DNA of 64,000 bases from the human T2T-CHM13v2.0 reference genome, Homo sapiens. Below the pieces are notes generated by a model. It did no database searches. It was not told where the DNA came from and saw only the letters and a program-made list of their open reading frames with translations. Made by a program: the position numbers and the translations under genes. Shown here piece by piece: positions 59,976 to 64,000 of the stretch; the first letter of the stretch is position 1; every line of letters begins with the position of its first letter. The stretch lies in NCBI RefSeq assembly GCF_009914755.1, contig NC_060934.1; one strand, given 5' to 3'.

Positions 59976-60561
59976 AAAAGCAACTTTATAATGTAGCTAT
60001 CAACTGTTCCACTTTACTAAACTTACTAAAGACATACTTCCCCCCGCCCCCCGCCCCCCCACCAGCTCCATTCATTTCATGATACATTTTTGGATTCACT
60101 TCTTAGGGTTTGAAGTAGGTTTTTAGGAGAAACGCTACAGAAAATAAGGGCTTCACTTTGACCATTAACGAAAACCTCCACTACATTACATCTAACTAAA
60201 CTTTTTAGGAGGATATGCCCAACAATACTACAGCGCTTTAAATTTCCCTTTAATTTACACACAATATGGGAGGAAGGCTGATGTTTTGTGATATCCCACA
60301 GAAGACTAATTCTGATTGCAGGGAAGTGCATGGTTCAAGAACTGAAATCAATCACTCAAGTTAGTCTGGGTCTTAAAGGAGGAGGACTCTTGAGAGGCTC
60401 AAATGGAGGGCCAAATGGGGAACGGGATTGTTGCTGGTGAGATAATGGAGTAAGGTCGAAAAATTTGGTTCTGCACTCTTCAGCACGGTGCAGGTTACTT
60501 TAGGGCAAAGATAAAGGAACCCTTGTGTTTACAGTGCCCTTTGTAAGACTCCTAGTTGTGA

Positions 60562-60919
<358 letters not shown>

Positions 60920-61045
60920 TAATCCTTCCGTGCCTCTCTCCACCTGTGAGATGGGCACTTTATTAAAGGTCCAAAGTGACCAGTAGCTCTTGTTACTTTC
61001 TCTGTTCCTCGATATTGCTATTTTCCTTTCTAACTTAACACCTAC

Positions 61046-61332
61046 CTGGAATGGTGAGATCACGAGGTAAGGAAGGCAAAGATGAGTGAGAACCACTCAG
61101 GTAACAGAAGCAGCCTCTTGCATTCACGGAGTTTACAGCTCTCTGTTCTGGTTACCTCCTAGGAAAGGCCTTCCCACTGATCGTCTACAGACTGAAATCT
61201 AACCCTTTTACAGCGGGCCTGGCGAACTGTAGGGGCCGGGCCACATTCACTCGCTTTGAAAAAGGCTGCAGCGCACCTAAAGGAGGCCCGGCTGGCCAGC
61301 TTCCTAAAGCACAGCTCGGTGGGAACAAACAG
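61046..61332 (-). other. ATP5MK: ATP5MK alternative 5'-UTR exon
   Basis: ttaac branch-like motif, pyrimidine tract and tag acceptor at 61335-61333; CAG|gtagg donor at 61045. Confidence 0.7.
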
Positions 61333-61708
61333 CTATGGACATACAGAAGAAAAGAGGTTAATTCGGCCGGTGATGGGGATCAGAAGCCCTAGTCCTCGTC
61401 CAATATTACGTCACTGGGTGACCTCGAGGGACGCTTCGCGGAGGGCCTCATTTTTCTCCACTGGCGAATGCAATCTAAGGGTCTTCGGAAACTGTGGGAG
61501 CCCTTGGGCGCACCTATCCGCCTCACCTCGAGGCTTCTCACCCGCTGGCCGCCCCCTTGCGCCCCTCGTTTTTTCTAGCTCCTTTCCCATTCCCCACCGT
61601 TTCTCTCCTCCAAAGCTAAGAACTCGAGTTGCTCCTCGGCCAGAAACGGCGGGCGGTCCTGCAACGTGCAGGCGCCAGGTCCAAGCCCGGACTCCCCTCT
61701 TCACCCAC

Positions 61709-61790
61709 CTGCCAAAGCCGCAAATTCCGCAGCTGGTGTCCTTCAACGAATGTAACCACCTCTCGGCCCGGCCGGAAGAAGCCACCTCCC
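61709..61790 (-). other. ATP5MK: ATP5MK first non-coding exon
   Basis: GGCAG|gtgggt donor at 61708 inside the CpG island; TSS approximate. Confidence 0.75.
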
Positions 61791-61945
61791 CCGCACGCGT
61801 TTAGCCGGCCCCCGCGATTCGGCCTAATGCGACGATTGGCTATGGCTCCAAATCCCGCCCTTCCGATTCCTGTCTCTAGGTCACCTCCGCAACACAGCAA
61901 CGGAAGTAGGGTGTTGAGCCCGCCCACACTTCCGGAAGAATTGCA
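61760..61945. promoter_or_regulatory. Bidirectional promoter of ATP5MK and PDCD11 (CpG island ~61200-62200)
   Basis: Divergent first exons ~150-200 bp apart; ETS/GABP CGGAAG sites (~61773, 61901, palindrome CTTCCGGAAG 61929-61938); ATTGG (CCAAT) near 61835; GC box. Confidence 0.85.
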
Positions 61946-62030
61946 CTGGACTGTGGGTATCCTGGTCTCCGCGTGTGTGAGTACCGCGGCGCGAGGTTAG
62001 TGGTAGCTGGGTGCAGACGCCGTGGCGCTG
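61926..62030 (+). other. PDCD11: PDCD11 non-coding exon 1
   Basis: CTG|gtgagt donor at 62031; a second gtgagt at 61977; TSS approximate. Confidence 0.7.
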
Positions 62031-62498
62031 GTGAGTAAAGGCAGAGGCGAAAAAGGAGGAAACCTCATGGCTGTCAGGTCTGTCCCAGGCCTGGTTCCCT
62101 GCCAGGCACACGCTAGATGAGTGTGGTTCGGCCACCTTAGCCCCGCTTCGAAGCCGGCTCTGTTGTAGCAGCCCCTGTAACCCCAGGCTTTGTGTTCGGA
62201 AAGTAGCCTAAGTATCTTCTGTGCCCCTGGATCGCCTTACTTTTCAGAGCCTCAGTTTCCCCTTGCTTGAAAGGAAATTAAGGGTGAAATTATCAGCAAA
62301 CTAGACCCCCCAAACTTTCCTGTTTCTATGAATCATATACCCATCCCTGATTCCATATCCTTGGCCCCACCCGGTCATCACTTCTTTAGTCTAAAGCCCT
62401 TGTAGAGTCTTATTACCAAGTGTCTGTCAGAACTAACCTCTCCTGTCTTCTGTTTTCACTTATACCCAGTTCTGGTTCTCATGGTTTCTCTGCTGTAC

Positions 62499-62936
<438 letters not shown>

Positions 62937-63725
62937 TGACTATGCTGGTCTCGAACTCCTGACCTCAGATGATCCACGCGCCTCGGGCTCCCGAAGTGCT
63001 GGCATTACAGGTGTGAGCCATGGTGCCCGGCCTTCTTTAAAATTTAACTTCAATTTTTATGCTTTAATCTCCCAGTGGTCTAGTTGAATAATTCTTCAGA
63101 GACAACAGCAAGCCTTTGAGCAGTTGTTTGATAGGGAAATTGCTGGTGTTTATTGAAATAATAGGCTTTTCCCATCCATGTCTTTTCTCACATTCCCTTT
63201 CTACCTGTCAAGCTTCTGTTCATCTTTTACCCTTAAGCTAAAAAAGATCTTCTTTATGAAGCTTGCCTCCTTTACTTATCCCTTCCTACATTGCCTTATC
63301 CCTTCCTACATCTTTGTGATCATTTATAATCTGATTTGCATTTTAAGTTACTTGCATAATTGTTTTATCTTCCAAAAAGTGTGCATGTTCTTTGAAGGCA
63401 GAGGATTATATATTCATCTGTAGAGCTACAGTGTATCTCTGACTTAACTGTAGCTTCTTAGTGAGTATGTGCTACATTGAATCTATAACTTCTTTTTCTG
63501 GAAGAAGGTGGGTGGACTTGTGGTTTTGAAGCAGAGACCTTTGGAAAGATGAAGTATGGATTATTCCGGGCCTGACATCTAAACCATCTATGTTGTAGTC
63601 CTGAATGTTGTCTAGCATATTGCTGGAACGTTCTGTCTCTTGCCCGTTGATAACACCTTTCTGAAATCTGCTACCAAGACAACATGTCACCATTATCCTT
63701 TGCATTGTTTTTAGGAGACCCAAAC

Positions 63726-63827
63726 ATGGCAAACCTGGAAGAAAGCTTCCCCCGAGGAGGTACAAGAAAGATCCACAAACCAGAGAAAGCTTTCCAGCAG
63801 TCAGTTGAACAAGACAACTTATTTGAT
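63726..63827 (+). CDS. PDCD11: PDCD11 (RRP5 homolog) first coding exon [34 protein letters not shown]
   Basis: ttag acceptor (exon starts 63715); AACATGG Kozak; Rrp5 N-terminal FPRGG motif; gtaagt donor. Confidence 0.95.
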
Positions 63828-64000
63828 GTAAGTAGTATGCTTGTTTGGTGACACTCACTGGAAACTTTTACTGTAGTGTCTTGTGAAAAATGAGCCTTAT
63901 TTGAGAATGTGTTATTTTTCCAGATTTTTTTTGCATTGAAGTCTACTTCTATAAATTTAACTCATTTAGAGAGGCCATACCACCACAAGGCTGTATCTTT

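Noticed and set aside
61256-62135. Several 84-182 aa ORFs across the bidirectional promoter
   Set aside because: Stop-poor GC-rich DNA; no recognisable domain; mostly non-ATG starts

Overview
Human (primate) genomic DNA, recognisable as the Alu-dense chr10q24.33 PCGF6-TAF5-ATP5MK(USMG5)/MIR1307-PDCD11 locus. Gene identities come from my recall of the protein and RNA sequences; all exon boundaries were read from the sequence. It contains: PCGF6 coding exons 1-6 (minus; the 3' exons lie outside the window); a ~17 kb intergenic stretch made mostly of Alu, L1M and Tigger remnants; the complete 11-exon TAF5 CDS (plus; exons sum to 2403 nt = 800 aa + stop); the complete ATP5MK gene (minus, 58 aa) carrying MIR1307 in its 5'-UTR region; and the start of PDCD11 (plus), which shares a bidirectional CpG promoter with ATP5MK. 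Nearly all other ORFs in the supplied track are Alu translations. I found no evidence of a wholly new biological system. The best leads are: interlocked, near-symmetric TAF5/ATP5MK poly(A) sites; a 25-nt polyadenylated retro-insertion with a perfect 15-bp TSD and an H/ACA-like end; a tailless U2 snRNA fragment with TSDs; apparent non-reference alleles (pre-miR-1307 loop, PCGF6 poly-Pro); a perfect TISU element at the TAF5 start; and uORF/dORF architecture in ATP5MK.
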